A DNA stretch of 64,000 nt from Paraspadella gotoi (GCA_051294375.1 CM119270.1:16985904-17049903), one strand, 5' to 3'. Positions 16,047 through 31,300 are shown, numbered from the stretch's first letter. Notes: generated from the sequence alone by a model not told the origin. Numbers and translations: made by a program.

Positions 16047-17578
16047 TAACTCACACTTTTTATCGTTTAAACGATATTTATGTTGATCGGGTGGGGAATA
16101 CAAGGGCCTTGCCCTTTGTATTCTTTAAAGAGGGGTATGACGTGTGTTAATTTTTTTACCCCTGTTTTAGATTTTTTCTTTCTTATTTTCTCTCTCCGTT
16201 CATTAAATCATGATTTAAAAGTGCGTAAAAGTGAAATACGCATTTCCAAACATAAATAAACGTAAAAAATGATCGAAATGCTACTTAGTACTTACCCTAT
16301 TTGCAAGTTTCGGTTGAGAAATAGTTTTAGTATAGTTAAAAACAAAATTATCTACTTCAGTTAAAATAGGTTAGTCGTCCGTGATTTTAAAGGTTGTTTG
16401 CGAAAACAATCCGAGAGTTGGTGGAATGTTTGAGTTTCATTCCCTGATTCACGAAGATGGAATCGGGTTGCGTCGGCGAGAGAGAGACAGAGAAAAAGAG
16501 GGAGGGATGCGAAGCAAGTTCGTTTCAAGAAAAAAAATAGTCAGGATTCAGAACTGAGCATGATGATTTGGGGAAAAATTGCTTTACTTGAAAAAGTTTA
16601 AACTTCCATTAACTTTTATGTAATCTAACACAAAACTTTAAAAAAATATTTAGAGTTGCCGCTCACAAGAATTATGATTATTTTTAATTATGTAATTTCC
16701 TTTCATTTCGATGCGTTTCGGAATTCGTTTACAAAGCAGAGAGTTTTTATATATTTAACGGACATGTTTCGACTCTGTTCTCGAGTCTTCATCAGCGCTT
16801 TGGACATTTTATTGGAGGAGAGAGAGAGAGAGACAGACAGACAGACACCAATGTTTCCAACAAAGAATTAAGAAAGGATAGTGTTTATGGTGAGGACAAG
16901 GTAAGTTCAAGACAGATTTGAATAAGATTTTGAAGAGAAACGAAATTTGGTAAGAGAGAGAGACAGACATTAGATAATACATATGGGCAATGTACAACAA
17001 TTTTAGATATTAAACTTGAAGGGTTTTTAAAATTATCAACAATTAGCTAATGATAAATAAACAGTTTGAAAAATGAAATCAGTGAAAAAGAAAAATTGGG
17101 GGAAAAAAATGAAAAGAAGAATGAAAAATTGCAGGATGGAAAGGGATAGCGAAGCAAAAGAAATAGTGAAATAAAGAGTTAAAAAATAAAAACTGTCTGC
17201 TTTGTAGCCGGATTGTTTTTAATAAAATGTATGCATTCAATCACTTTAACAGATTTGTTGATTTGATGATTTTTTACATATATATATATATGAAGAATAA
17301 TACGCACTCAGTCTCTATAGCTCTAAAGATTTCATTTTATGATTTATTCGATTGTTTTTTGTTTGATTTGGGATACTAAATGAAGTGTTATCTGTGGTTC
17401 AACCAGTTAAAAAGAAAAAGCGAACAAAAGATATATCTTAATTGATTTTATTTTATATATTTTTTCAATATTGGAAAAGTGAAATATATTGAATTTAATT
17501 AAAACCCATATTTCCTAGCCCTTTTTCTTAGTTTTTGCCATATTGAAATACGTTTTTTTGAAAAAGAACTCATATCGG

Positions 17579-18185
17579 TAGCGGTAGCCGACCAAATTCA
17601 AATTTTAATGGGAACAGCGTTAAACTAATCCATTATTGGTATTAATTATTGTGTTAAAATATTTTTTTGCAAAAATGTTCTGAACCATGAGTAATTCGCT
17701 AATTAATATTATTATATTGCTATATAATGTTAAAAATTTTTTTTGGATATTTTAAGTTTTTTTAATTGATTCTGATAGAGCTTAAAAAATTAAGCAAAAA
17801 ATATAATTACAACTTTTTAAAATTTTGATGTTTTATTACTAAAATTAGTAAAAACTGCTAAAATCATCGGATGATGATGATGATTTTTTAAGGCTTTTCT
17901 CAATTTTAACCCACTTATCATCAAAATATTGAAAAAAGAATTATACTTTGTGTAGATAACTTTTCATAAGCTATTTGAATCTGCTTTTAAAAATAAAAAA
18001 ATCAAAAAAAATTTTTGACATTTCCTATCTATAAATAAATATTAAAAAATTAATTACTAATGGCTTCTTGCCATTTTTAGAAAATTTTGCTCCATTGAAA
18101 GTTTTCTCAGAAATGTATGAAGTTTCATTTGGAAAGGTTCCCAAATCAAACTTCTGACCCACCCCATTGACGAAGTTTGGCTCTA
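17579..18185. mobile_element. Non-autonomous DNA transposon, copy 2 (7-bp TSD family)
   Basis: Near-identical to 3153-3766 over about 610 bp. Flanked by direct repeat ATATCGG at 17572-17578 and 18186-18192. Confidence 0.9.
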
Positions 18186-21100
18186 ATATCGGTTCGGGGC
18201 TTGCTTGAAATCCATATTTAGGTGCCTTGGTTGATCTCGCTTTTCATGGTTTTTAACGATACTATTCGACTTCCGCAACCAACCTTAGGTACCAACGGTC
18301 GGTGCTTTGTTAATCCATTTAATTTTGTTTTACCTCTAGCACTGTGCCAATAGCAGTGGCGGATTTACTAAAAGCCAAGTGGAGTTGTGCCACATGAGGG
18401 AGGTAGCCAAGCCTTTCTCCCTCCAACTTCCAAAGGTTGAGCCTCTATTGGGTCTCAAAGCCACCTAATCCAGAACACACCGCGCGACGTAGTGTAAATG
18501 ATCTTTAGAGGAGCATGTCATCTTTAACAGCGTTTGAAGCATTGAATTGCACAATATTCCTTGCCAGATCTTTAGTCTTTAGCGCTAGCAATGCTTGTCT
18601 TTGGCGGAAAGATCCAGACGAAGCCCACAAGTGAAAACTGATGAAAAAATAATTTGTTTTTCTTCACAGCACTGTTAAACCCAATAGGGCAGCAGGGCGA
18701 TCAAAACGACAGGACTGCTGATGGATGTTTGTGGTTTAGAATTTGCAGCACCTCAGGATTATCTCGACAGACTGAGAGACAGTGAAGCAGCACTCCAAAG
18801 AGAGTAGTGGCAAATTGCTAACACACAGTAGGTTCTCCACTCAGTGTGGATAAAGGACGATGCACCAATGTTAGGGGGCGAATCCTGCGTACCCCTAACG
18901 GTTAATGATGAGTGTGGGGTGACCAAAGGAGTGTCACTAAAAGTCAAGGCGTGGCAGAATGTCTCGCTCCAACCAGGGAATGATTGATCACGGGCGGCCG
19001 TGCATTGACAGTGCACCCTGGAATCTACACTGTAATAGATCAGAAGAGAAACACAATGATCAAGAACCACATAACCTATCAGTAACCCAACAACTCTCCT
19101 ATAATCATTAATAACTCATGATAGCTGAAAAGGAAAGACATTGAATAACAAATATCAATCAAAGAATAATAAATGAATAGACGCGTGGTGAAATGTTTTA
19201 TTTGTCAATAAATTAATATTCAAATGAATAAAAGTCCGATGATGAATCTTCACGAAAGTTTTTCCCGACATCGTCTCAGTTTGCGCAATAATATATATTT
19301 TTTTTGTTCAGTAATACAAATTTTATTATAACTAATAATTTTTTAAAATTTATTTTGTTTGAGGTAGAAAATTATTTTTTTTTACGTACGAGTTTTATAA
19401 AGAAACATAAATTTCAGATATGTTTCAGCTTCAATGTCAGCCTTCATCAGGTTTACATTGAAGCCGAAACATGTCCGAAATTTGTTTCTTAATAAAACTG
19501 GTACGTAAACCTATCGTACTTTCAGTTACTATCTTCCTTGAACAGTCTATCATCGGGCTATCGTTGAAGGCTATCGTCAAGGTGTACTCGTTGGGTTGGG
19601 AATCACTTCTCCTAAGCCAGATTACTAAGGCCACTCATATTTTTGTCAGGGAATGAGATTTGGTCATTTAAGTGGTTGCATCTTAAGAAGCGAGGTTGTC
19701 AATTGGTCCTACACATTGATGTTTTCGAAATTGGTACAACTACTAATTAAATTATCCATTTATTCAATAAATATTTAACAGGCTATCTTGCCATTTGACT
19801 TGGGTCATGCTTTGCTGGATTCAGGCTCCCGTCCCTTCTTAAGACAATATCATAGCAAGTTCCTGCGAGCTTTCAATGGAAAAGAAACATAAATCTAAAA
19901 TTTAAAATAATGAAACAAGTAACTTGGAAATTTTCAATAGGTCTTTACTTCTGACCATCTACTTTTGTCTTCATTACTTCAATACTAATTTTTTATCAGA
20001 TTACTACTTCCTCCCTTCCTTTTTTAGTTTTTTTTTTCTTCCACTTTTTTCTCCCCTTTCCAGTTTTTGTCCGCCATTTTCTCCTTTTTTCCTCTCTCTC
20101 GTCATCCGCCCTCGAGGCAAAGGCAACCGCCGCTGCAGCAGGGATTTCCCGGTACGCAGTACTCCGCCGCAAAAGAACCCAGCGGTGCGTCACCGCGGCG
20201 GGCCAGCCAGGCTGCTGCCGGCCTTTTATGCGTCAGAGGCACATGCTTCGCGGCTGCGGCTGGAGGGTTCTCCGCGGCAGCCGCGAGAGGGGAATAAATG
20301 AGTTTCTGCAAAGAGAGAGAGGGAGAGAGACAAAGAATAAGAAGAGAGAGAGAGATATCTCGCCTGCATCTTGTCACTTCTGCAGAAACGTCAGAGAAAA
20401 GCCTGCATTTCTAATGGATGAACGTAGCGGGGGGATCTCCTGCATTTCTGGCATATCACGTGACTCGTCAATCGAGCTGCGGAATTTCTCTCTTTCAATA
20501 ACGCGAGAAAAAGAGAGAGAGCGATAGCGAAGAGAAAAAGAACGTTGACTCGAGAAGTAAAACATTTTCGTTCAATTATCCCTGGCAAATATAGTTTTTG
20601 ACGCCGAACAATGATGGCAGAGCTCATCGGAAGAATGACAACTCGAAACTCTCACATTTTAAAAAGCATGCATATCCGTTTTCTTGTTAGGCAAATAGTC
20701 TGCCATAAGCAATATTGATGTGTCTCATGCAAGAATAAAACACGAATAAATTGCGAGGCAATACCTCTCACAGTTAACTCAAGCTATTATTCTATCAACC
20801 ATAGAGGACTTATTTTTTAAATTGTGTGTAATGTGCGTGTTTTAAACTAATTGAAACCATTTTATATTTTGCTATTAAAATTTACTAAATTAATTTTTTG
20901 TTTAGAAATTTTTTGAATAAAAATAATTTTTTCAAGATATTCATATTTATGTTGTCAAAGAAATCATACAGACGTATTTTGACATTTAATTATTGATTAT
21001 TTTATTTAAAATATTTTCACATTTTCCTACCAAAACATCTCTCACTCTCCCTTAGCTTTGATACAAATGATACAAATTAAGCATTATTTAGAAACATGAT

Positions 21101-22355
21101 GTAACGGGGAAGTAATTCAAAATATATCGGAAGTAAACAACATTCAATTTACGGGCAAGAATAACAATGGCCAGTAGAATAATTGAAACATAGGCTAAGC
21201 ATCCTTGCATAGTAAAAATGTTTGAAAAAATTATCTGTGTTAGGGGGCAAACCGTGTTAAAGTTTAACATTTAATCTCGAGAGAAAATACATCGCCAAAA
21301 TTTTTGAAGCGCCTCGGTTGATGAACCTTCAAGCACTCGGTATAAATTAAAACGTTGTGACACATTAAATTTCCTTTCGTGGAATTACTTAAGAGACAGG
21401 ATATTGTTACTATATATTTTTCACCTGAGTATTAACGAGTGTTATGAAAGTTAATTGCATTGACTTTCTGCTCATCTGATCCTAAATTCCAGTGATTACT
21501 GACTACAGAATTGTATTGCTGGTGAGTCATCGTAGAAGTATGAAACAAGCGTCAATAATATCTGCCAACTAATAATCCGAATAATTCAGTATTACGCCGG
21601 TCCGGACCAATCGGTCGACATCCAAACGTCTCATTGCGTACTTGCGACGCAAATAAAAATCAGTGCTTGTGACATAGCGCGAATGCAATGTAAACGGCTC
21701 GTGGAAAGAAAGAAACGGATGCTTGGAAAAAGAATCAAGAAGGCATTGATCATCTATTCGTCACGAATTTAAAACGTGGTTTTACGTCAACCGGTGATGA
21801 TTTCGCGACGGAGAATAGGAAAACTTATTTTATTGTCTAGGTACTGGAAATTCATATGATTTCCGAGAAAGACAAAATATTTTAAATTAATGTGAACACT
21901 TAATATGATCGGTTCGTTTCGGTAAGTTAAATCGTTTAAATTTTAGCAACGTAATAGATTACTACTAGTCTCTTTACTCATAAAAAGGCAGAGACAAAGC
22001 GACGTTATGTAAGCCATACAACATTCCGTCAGTTGAGATGCTCGTTTTTGTGCAAATATTTTATATCCAAGTTTTAATGTATTTTAAGCCTGAGGAAAAA
22101 GCGATAATAAAGAAGCAAAAATCTTATAGAAATCCAGAATGAGTGATTCCGTGTGGCTGCTGCTTTTACAAAGCGGACTCTCTCTTTCTCTCTCTCTCAC
22201 AGGGCCGACCCTTTTCTCGAATAGGCGGCGGTGGATGGCTTTGCGGCGTTACCGCGCCGGGGCAGCTTTCTGATGCGGCGCCCCTGACGCAGACTTCGAA
22301 TCCTTCGTTTATCTGCTGCCTTTTTCTCTTCGCTTGTTCGTGCGTTGGTTCGTGT

Positions 22356-22356
<1 letters not shown>

Positions 22357-22451
<95 letters not shown>

Positions 22452-22469
22452 TTCTCTCTTTCTCTCTCT
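22357..22469. repeat. (CT)n/(GA)n microsatellite; others at ~36091-36135, 37070-37160, 39581-39630, 39890-39930
   Basis: Direct observation of long CT/GA dinucleotide runs. Confidence 0.9.
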
Positions 22470-25400
22470 GCAGCTTCGAAACTCGTGAACTGCAGAAAAG
22501 ATGAATTCAGGGCTCTAGAAAATTTGGACAACTTGTAATATTTTTACGGATTACTAAAAAAAATCATATTAAATAAAAGTTTTGTGGCGACGACGGTCAA
22601 TTATGTACCCCTACAGTTTTTTATTTTTTATTCAAATAAAATGAAATTAGTTTATTAAAGATAAAATTTGAAATATATGAAATTATTTATTTTTTTTAAT
22701 ATTATAAACTGGATTATAATTTTTTCGAACTCTGCATTCGATAAGAGGCGGCTCAAGTCCTACACCTCTACATACATAGATCTTGCTTGATGTTGTCAAG
22801 CTGCAGAAAAACTGCAGGCTTGAATAAGCAAGGTCCTGCATATCCTAACAGAGGCCGTCTACTATAGAAATAATTCTATACCTCTTAGTTATTTTTGTAG
22901 GTTTAAAGGTCAACAACAGGTCTTAAATGAAGAGATGTATATGTGTGATGAACTGTTGTCTTCGTTGTTCTTTACCATTATAAAATTATTATAAAAGATA
23001 GATTTTTCGTTGTTGTGATGTCGTCATAGGGAAATAATTTTGCTTCTCTGAGAAGAGCAGTTCATTTTTGTACAAAAGTATTGACAGTATTTTATAAATA
23101 AAATAACTTTGTTTTATTCGCCATTACTTATAATCCCTTTCGAAAGGTAATTTAATGTTATTTCTAAGTTTTTATCAAGGTATTTCCTTTTTATACATAT
23201 ATTTTTGATGAATTTTATTTCAGTTTAAAAGCCTAGTTCGATTTTTTTTCTGATTCGCGAAGTTTTATCAAATAATTTCGTAACTATGAAGTTTTTTTTT
23301 GTTTTCACCTTGGCGATATCGCTTTTGTCATTTCAAATTCTGCCAACGTGTATCCTTTGTGTTCTCGCCTCTTTCTCTCTCTCTCAAACTCAAAAGCCTT
23401 TTTGGATTTCAAGACGTGAAGAGCTGAGGCACTGAGCGAGAGAGAGAGAGAGAGAGACAAACGGACAGAGAGAGAGAGCAGATGCGCCTACTTTTTCTCA
23501 CGTCTCGGCCGTTCTTCATAATTAAAATACTAATATTTACCGCTTATATATGTCATACGCGCAATGGTTTCGTCGAAAGAAACCACTCCGACGTCGGCCT
23601 CGTACAACAATTTTGGATTGACTCTTTTTTTTTCTTCTCGCTTCAGCGTGCTGATCCTTCTATTTTTTCCATCGTCGGTCCGCCTTGGCGCACGGAAGGT
23701 TTCTCTCTTTCGTTGCCTCTGTTTTTTTGTGTTTCTATCTCGTGCGCCGTGTCTTAGCCTCTGCATTACAATTTATATTTTTATTTTACGATTCTTCGAT
23801 TTTTCGCTTAAAAAAAACCTAACAATTTGGATTTTATTTTCTCTATAGTTTTCTGCCAATTTTAGATCAGCATTATTGTTTCTTGGCTCCAAAAACTCGA
23901 ATTTGACTGTTTTTTTAACTAGCGTGATATATGTGATATATTTGGGCTTTTATTTAACTTTGAGACATATTCTTACTGCGTTCTTCCTTCGTTCTTTCTC
24001 CTTGTGAATTATTAAAAAAGGATTTATAGTTTTTTTTTCTGCGTTATATCGTTGCGTTATCTTACTGATTTTCGCCTTTAAATACAATTTTGAGAGCACT
24101 CGTGTCGTTGACCTTCTGAAAAATAGTTTTGTCTTAGATTTTTTTGAAACTATCAATATGTATTATTTTTTTTATCTGGGGAAAAATTAAATTTTTATGT
24201 ATTTGTTACATTTTTTTATTAAACTAATTGGTTAAAAAATGCACTTTTTTGCGATTTGAAATTTTTTTTTCATTATCGTAACTTTTTTTCTTTTATTCAT
24301 TATGTTTGCATTCAATTTTAGTGATTTTTTTGCGTATGCATTTCAAAATAAATTTATATCGCATAAATATATTAACGTCATTCAGAACATAAATATAATA
24401 CGCAGAACACAAATACAATTATACTGATATTTAATACTAGTGAGATTGTTTCATCATTTCATCAAACAATAATCCATTTAAATTTTTTTTCCTCTTCTCA
24501 TTAAAATCTTTTTTCAAAAAATCTTTTTCAGATAACCCATAGGTGAGATTGATGTATGGTGTGTTCTTTCTGTCTTGCTCTCACTCTCGTTCTCTCTAGT
24601 CTCGAGGTATCTCGCTGGCACGCGCGCGCGTTTCCTCTCCATCGTCGTCGTCACTTATTTTCTTTTCCTCCTTTTCCTTTTCCTCTCCAAGACCGCCTTC
24701 CCTTCTAAAATTTTTATTTGTCGTTTTCTTTTATTAATGATATTTATTGTATCTTTACCCTTCTCCACACAGTTACTTATTTTTATCTAAAACTTTTCTC
24801 CATCAAAAATTTTGCCTAATTATTTTCTCCATTATCAGCTATTCTCGTTTATTGGACCTGGACTGACTGACTGATCTGCTAACGTATTTTTGTCTGCTTT
24901 TTTCATTTTTGTATTCTAGTTTTGTTTTATTATATTCGATTTGTATTTATGGTCATTTCTTTTATCTCCATTTCAAGAGCACTTTTCTTTACTCAATTCA
25001 TTTTCATCCTATTTCAAGAATTTTTCTCTCCTCTCTAGAACAGGCCTCCCGACTAAATTCTGCATAACGCCGTAAGATTACCATTAGTTTATGACCTTCG
25101 TATTTTTTTCGGACCCTGGATAAAAATTTTTTATCGCATCGTTTTTTTCGTCGAGCCCACTGAAGTAATCATTCTCCAAAAAAAAAAAAATCTTCCTACA
25201 AAAGTAATACTTGTAATTTTTGGAGTATATTTTTGAAAAACCTTGTGCATGCTATGAATTCGGTTCGGAATCCGGCGGCATGGCAGGATGTTGTGAATTC
25301 TAACGGCGGCTTTTTTGCTTTATCTGAATGAAAAATCTGTATGCAAATGTGGACTTGACAATTTTTCACTGTTTAAATTGATTTTATTCGACGTCCTCAT

Positions 25401-25790
25401 TCCTGAGATTCCTTCTGACTTAGTCTTTCTAAATCTTGTAACTACAATATACATAATCTTTTCAAACAATTGTGCAATAATTATAAATTCACCCCCTTTT
25501 AAACCCTGTCATTTTAAATCGTGTTTGTTTTACAAGCTTATCATTTTAATACTAAACTATATCACGTCTTTCTGTTTTGTTTTTTCTCTTGGCCAACTAT
25601 TTTTGTCTTTTAAAATTCTTGTAACTTAGATTTTTTTTTGTTTTCTAAAAGCCTAAGGGACATTGCTGCAACGAATCCTAATCATATAAAACATTTTAAA
25701 GATGTAGCATTTCGATTCTATTTGTCAAATGTTTTTCCTTTAAAATACAAAAATACCGGATTTTTCAAGGCAATTTGAAGGAACTCGGCT

Positions 25791-26506
25791 TAGCGATAGA
25801 GCCAGCCAACCGAATCGGTTATGCGCATCTATAAATTCTAATTGTGTTAAAATATAATTTATTAACTTTTAAAAGATAATCGTATAATAATGAAGATATT
25901 GTTTGATAATCCTTTCGTTTCGTTAATCACTATTGATTAGAGTGGAGCTCTCGAGAATAAATAATTAGAGTGACTGAACAAGGATGTAAGATAGTATGAT
26001 TAACGAGTATAAAAATATTTAGCTCATTTTGTTTGGGGAACAGTATCATAAAATACAATATTTTCATAGTAATATCCTTAAAAAATACTAAAATTAAAAA
26101 CTATTTTTTTAAACATTTTTATTTAAGATTTAGATTTAAAAAAAAATAGATAAAAAATCTTATCAAAAATTCTGCAATCTTCCGCATTAAAAACGGAAAA
26201 AAAAGTAAAAATGTATAACTTTTTATTCACTGTAATAAAAACTATGATATGCTGGTCATTTTTTGCGGTCTAAATATTAAAATATCATGTTTTTTTATTT
26301 TTTTACGGCGAAACCGAATCTGTTCTTAATAGTTCAAAAAATTATTTTTGAAATTTTATGATTTTATAATGATATTAATACCGAGAAAATAGATTTTGCT
26401 ATCTACTGTTATGATAAAAAAAATTTTAAAGGATTTAAATTTCGTTAAGTACATGTACGAAGGCAGAAAAAAATTATGTTCAATGCTCAATATTTTCATC
26501 GCTCTA
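25791..26506. mobile_element. Old MITE-like element related to the ~600-bp TAG...CTA families
   Basis: Begins tagcgatagagccagccaacc and ends atcgctcta. AT-rich interior with related motifs (gaatctgttcttaat). No TSD recognisable. Confidence 0.4.
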
Positions 26507-26655
26507 CCCATCCATTCCTTTCAACGTGTAATCATCAATTATCTTCGCCGTCGTAACTGCTCACGATTTTGGTATGGTTTTACTCAGTGATGATCCCCTT
26601 TTAGCTGTATTTTTATAATACGTCGTGGTGCGGTGACTCAAAAATAAGAATTGGT

Positions 26656-26732
26656 GATGGTGTGTTCCCCCTCTGAGCCAATGGATTTTGGCTGAAGGAT
26701 GGTGGACGTGAGGCGGTGTGAATATACCGCCA
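26656..26732 (+). repeat. ~77-bp dispersed repeat ending in a GC hairpin (second copy 34324-34399)
   Basis: gatggtgtgttccccctctgagccaatgg...gaggcggtgtgaatataccgcca occurs twice with few substitutions. Confidence 0.85.
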
Positions 26733-28398
26733 CAGTGGAGTCTTTTAATGAGAAAAAATTTAATTATTTGTTACTTTTATGGAGACTGATTGTAATAAGT
26801 AAGTTGCCATTGTTTAGTACCCCTAAACTATATTCCATCGTTGACTAGATATAATTTTTTTTTTCTCCAAAATTATAGTGTGAGTGAAGAGCAATTTCTT
26901 TTGGGATTGGGATGGTTGCTCTTCCTCCTTCACTCTTAAGGTATTACTATTAGTAGTAGTTGACGTTTCAACGAGGACATGTGAGAGTTTTTCTTTATTC
27001 AATAAAGTATATCACAATCCCCTTTTTCAAACCACTTTACAATCGCGGGAACCTTTTTTTGAAGTTCTATTCCTTTTTTTCCCCTTCAGAATGAATTGTT
27101 AAAATAAACTCTGAACCATCTCGCTGAGAAGGAGCTCTGCTCACACGGAGAGAACGAGTCAGTGCGCGCGGAGAGTGAGAGAGAGAGTGCGAGCGATGGA
27201 GACGAACATGACTTGAAAGAAAAATTCCCCTTTCCATTTCCGTCGTCTCTTTTTCCCCTCTGCGTAAAAAAAAAACAACACAAACACACAAAAAAAAACA
27301 AAAGAAACAAACAAAGAAAACGAGCAAAATTCATTGGAAACGAAAAGCGAGGAACTGAAGAGGAAGAAGGGGAGGAACTGGCGACGAAAATTCTCCGTTT
27401 CGGCCGCTGGGAATATCATGAGACGCCGCGACGACGAATTGAGTGGCGGCGGTGATGAGGAGGAAGAGGAGGAGGAAGAAGAAGACACGGCCGGATCGTG
27501 TAGACCCTGTCCAACCGGAAACTAAGCTAAACAAAAAAAGATGAATATACGTGACTATAAAATCCAGTAATGTACCCAACTTTCGTCTCTTGCGCGCGCT
27601 CGATATAAAGGGGGGGATACGAGCGTTACGTCGACAATCACCATCTCCCTTTCGTTTACAAGAATTTTTTTTCTCCCTACTGTATTTTCCTACGTTCTTT
27701 TTTTTTTCGACCTCACCAAAATTTATACCAAAAGAAAAAAAAAGTTCATCTTCGTTAAACCTTTGTTCCTTCGTCGTCGTCCTCCCGACCACAAAAAAAA
27801 ATGATAAAGTCTTCCTATTACATCTAAAACGTCGCGCGCTTTTTGTTTTTTGTGATTGTTTATAATTCGTCGTGGATTTAAAATACACGTCACCTTCGTT
27901 TCTATGACTCTTAATTATCCTCGCCTCTTGTTTTTTCCTTCTCTCTTTTTCTCGCCGCACGCGCGTTTCCCTCGACGCTTTACTTTGAACCTCCACCCGG
28001 AATTATATTCTGATTCGTGCTTCTCCGACGAACGACGATTCCGACGTCCAAATGATCACGAGGAATGAATGTATAATTAAACTTCTAACGCCGCCTCTGT
28101 GCTTCTGTCGGATTAAAACGTTTTATTTTTCGTCGGAAATTAGCACAAAAATATCCGTAAGAGCCCCGCCGCTGGATTCTCTACTTGAAAATGTAAAAAA
28201 AAAAAGTCCCAAAAAATGGATAAAAATAACCAGAGAGGTGAATTAATGTTCGAACTCCCGTTTGAATTCCGACGATCCATCATGTAAATCGTCAAGTCGG
28301 AGAAGACTACGCATCTCCAAATTTTCCCCTCCCACCCTCGAAACGCCCGTTCCCCCTCCCATTTCTTCATCCCGCGGGGTGCGGCGGGCTGTTCAGAC

Positions 28399-31300
28399 AT
28401 GCCCGCAACCCCCGCCCCTCCGCCCATTCCCTCGCCGACGACCACGTCCCCGATAGTGATGACCACGTCGAGCTCCGCATCTCCAGTCGCCAATCGCGCC
28501 GCTGCCTCCGCCGCCGCCTCCTCCCCTCTTCGCGATCACCATCACCATCGCGCTCAAGGTCGCCGCCCGTCGACGGGCGAGTCCCCCGATCTCAAAGCCC
28601 ACAATCACCACGCCCACCACAATCACGCCAACAACCACCATCCCCGAAACCACGGCGGCGATAACGACGCCTCGCCTGGCCGCGACCACGCGGAGCTGGC
28701 GGCAGCGTTGGGCGCTAGTACCCCGACCCGCGATTCAATCTCGTCCCCGGTGTCGTCGTCCGCGCCGTCACCGAGGACGCCGCGCGCGCTGCGGGGCACG
28801 CACGCGCCCGCCGCCGTCGGCGGAGTTTTGCCTCCTTCCTCAGTCGTTGCCACTCAAGGAGTTGTGAGAGGATCGTCTAGGTGAGCTATCAGTATAACAC
28901 TAAACAAAACTGGATAAACATGAATACTATTGTATTCATGAATACTATTGTATTCATGATGAATAGTATACATTGAATAAAATGTTACACTTGTTTCGAC
29001 TCTCCTAGTTGTGTTGTACCGTAATTTTTACGTACTTAGTTAATAGTTGTAGATATATAATTTTCAGGGCTGTCTTCGCGTTTTATGGGTTTGCGGTCTG
29101 CTTCATAGTGTTCCTTCTATGTAATTTAATCAGTTTATTCAAATGTTATGCCACGTCAATGATAGAAAAGCCTGGTACTCTAGTGCTCTGAGTTTTATTT
29201 TATTAGACTGTAAATCTGGATCGAAAACTTATTGGGTATTGCGATATTATTATCCTCTTTTAAGAGGAATGGAGGTCTAACCTGACTATAGCCTGTTAAA
29301 AGTCAGGGACAAGATAGCTTATTTTTGTATTAATCAATAATTTTTAAACGGCATGTATGGCAACGGGAGGAATGCCTGTGATACCCGGGAAGAGGGGTAT
29401 CTCACCAACTGGAGTAGGGGCTGAGGACTAAGGCGTAGTGAAAGTTACATACGAAAATTCTAAAAGTCAATTATAAACAACATACCATCAGTGAACATTA
29501 ATTTGTAAAAAAAATTAATTTTATGTTTTTTAATTTTCGCAGTAGGCTATATTTATATATAGTACTATCCTTATAAAATCGAAAAATTTCAAAATAAGCT
29601 TTTCTTAATTTTGATTACAGATTTGAATTCCTCGTCAAAAGTTGATATAAGAAAATATAAATCATTTTTAAAAATTCTTTCATTAAGTGGGTTAAAAATT
29701 AAAAAAACTATATTTAATATATAAAAAGTTAATTTTCAGCTTAAAATATAACTTTTTCTAATTTTTTACCCACTTAATGAAGAAATTTTTCAAAAATAGT
29801 TATATTTCTTTTTATTAACTTTTTATGACGAATCAAAATCTGTAAAAAGATCTTAGAAAAAACTGTTTTGAAATTTTAACATTTATTGATTTAGTACTAG
29901 TATAAATATGGCCTACTGCGTAAATTGTAAAATTTATTATAAATTTTTTTAATACATAAATGTTTATTAATATAATGTTGTTCGTTCCTCACTTTTAGAA
30001 TTAAAGTTAAATTTCGAAATTTTACTACGCCTTACTGAGGACCCTCAGTGACCGCCTCTTGTCTCTGGCATGTTTAGACCGGCTCCGTCGCATTTAAGCC
30101 ATGACCGGGATACCCAGGGATTGAACCCGAGATGATTTTGCCTGCTCAGCCATTGAGACGAGACTGAGGACGGACAGCAGTGAGGCAGCTTTAAGTCTTG
30201 CTTTTCATATACTGAATTTTATCATTACACTTGAAAGTTTGAAAAGCATCCATATTTCTGAGAGAACATATCAGCTTTTTGACATCTAATAAAAACTGAA
30301 ATAAGCCACAAGTAGTACGACCGTTACGAATTCACGTATCAATGACTTTTATTAATATGTTAATGGGACGTGCTAGGCCAAAGTAGAAAAAAGATCATAT
30401 TTTATAGCAGTAAGACCCAATTTGAAAGGATATATCAGAAAAGTTTTTGTTTTACTTGGTCATATCATTGGTATGAAATGAAATTGGTACAACCGATTTA
30501 ATAATTATCCATTCATTTAGTAAATAAGCTATCTTGCTCATCACCTTAGTCAGCCTGCTATCATTATATAAAATGTTTTATTAGTTAATATTCTCTCATT
30601 TCCGTTTTTAATCAGCAGGCTAATTTTAAGACATTTACCTAGATTATTTTCTGAGCTTTTGTAAAATTTCTCTTCGCGGAAAGGGCATTGGCCTACTTGC
30701 GAAGATGAGAAGCCACGAGATGGCAAAGTTGGTACACGTTGCACTTTCAAGAATGATTTTTCTGTTTCCGAAAAAAAACTATTTTTAGCATGATTGCGTC
30801 ATTAATCCCCAGAGCAAGCTTGGCGATATTCGTGTATAACCAATTTAACCATTGAGCAACTGTATTATGAGGTGTTTTTATTCATATCAAGTAATGATAC
30901 AGAATGATGCACAAATACATTGAAAGGCAAATAAAATAAAACAAAAACAAAAAAAAGAAAACAAAAACGAATAAGTTAGGTAATCAAAGCATTGTTTCCC
31001 AGTATGTACAACATAACTTTGTTAACACAAGGTTCGCCAAAAATTTTGACCGTCTTTGATGAAAGATTGTATATATGTCGGGGTAACCAAATGATTCTCT
31101 AAGGGTTCGTTTGCTTTGCCATCTGTTCCATCCAAAAAAATTTCGGATACCATCATTTAAGGCTTCATTTAATTTACTCTTCTCTTTCCATAGAAACTCT
31201 TTAACTTCACATCATATGTACCATAGCAGCCTTAGTCAAAGGGCAAATTTGATTTAATCATAGTTCGCTTTTGGCTTCAAATTATGTTTTCTGTCTTCAA

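Noticed and set aside
18340-19080. Coding-like, moderately GC region starting with a hAT-like cagtggcggatt
   Set aside because: Frames are interrupted by stops, with no recognisable protein motif and no matching right TIR; possibly a decayed transposon but unsupported.
22143-22538. ORFs with (SL)n and (ER)n runs
   Set aside because: Translations of a CT/GA microsatellite.
28919-28960. Palindromic 18-bp tandem duplication (tgaatactattgtattca)x2
   Set aside because: Simple local duplication in an intron with no further structure.
30095-30140. B-box-like motif (minus strand gggttcaatccc) suggesting a tRNA or SINE
   Set aside because: No cloverleaf could be built; at most a decayed SINE fragment interrupted by the MITE.
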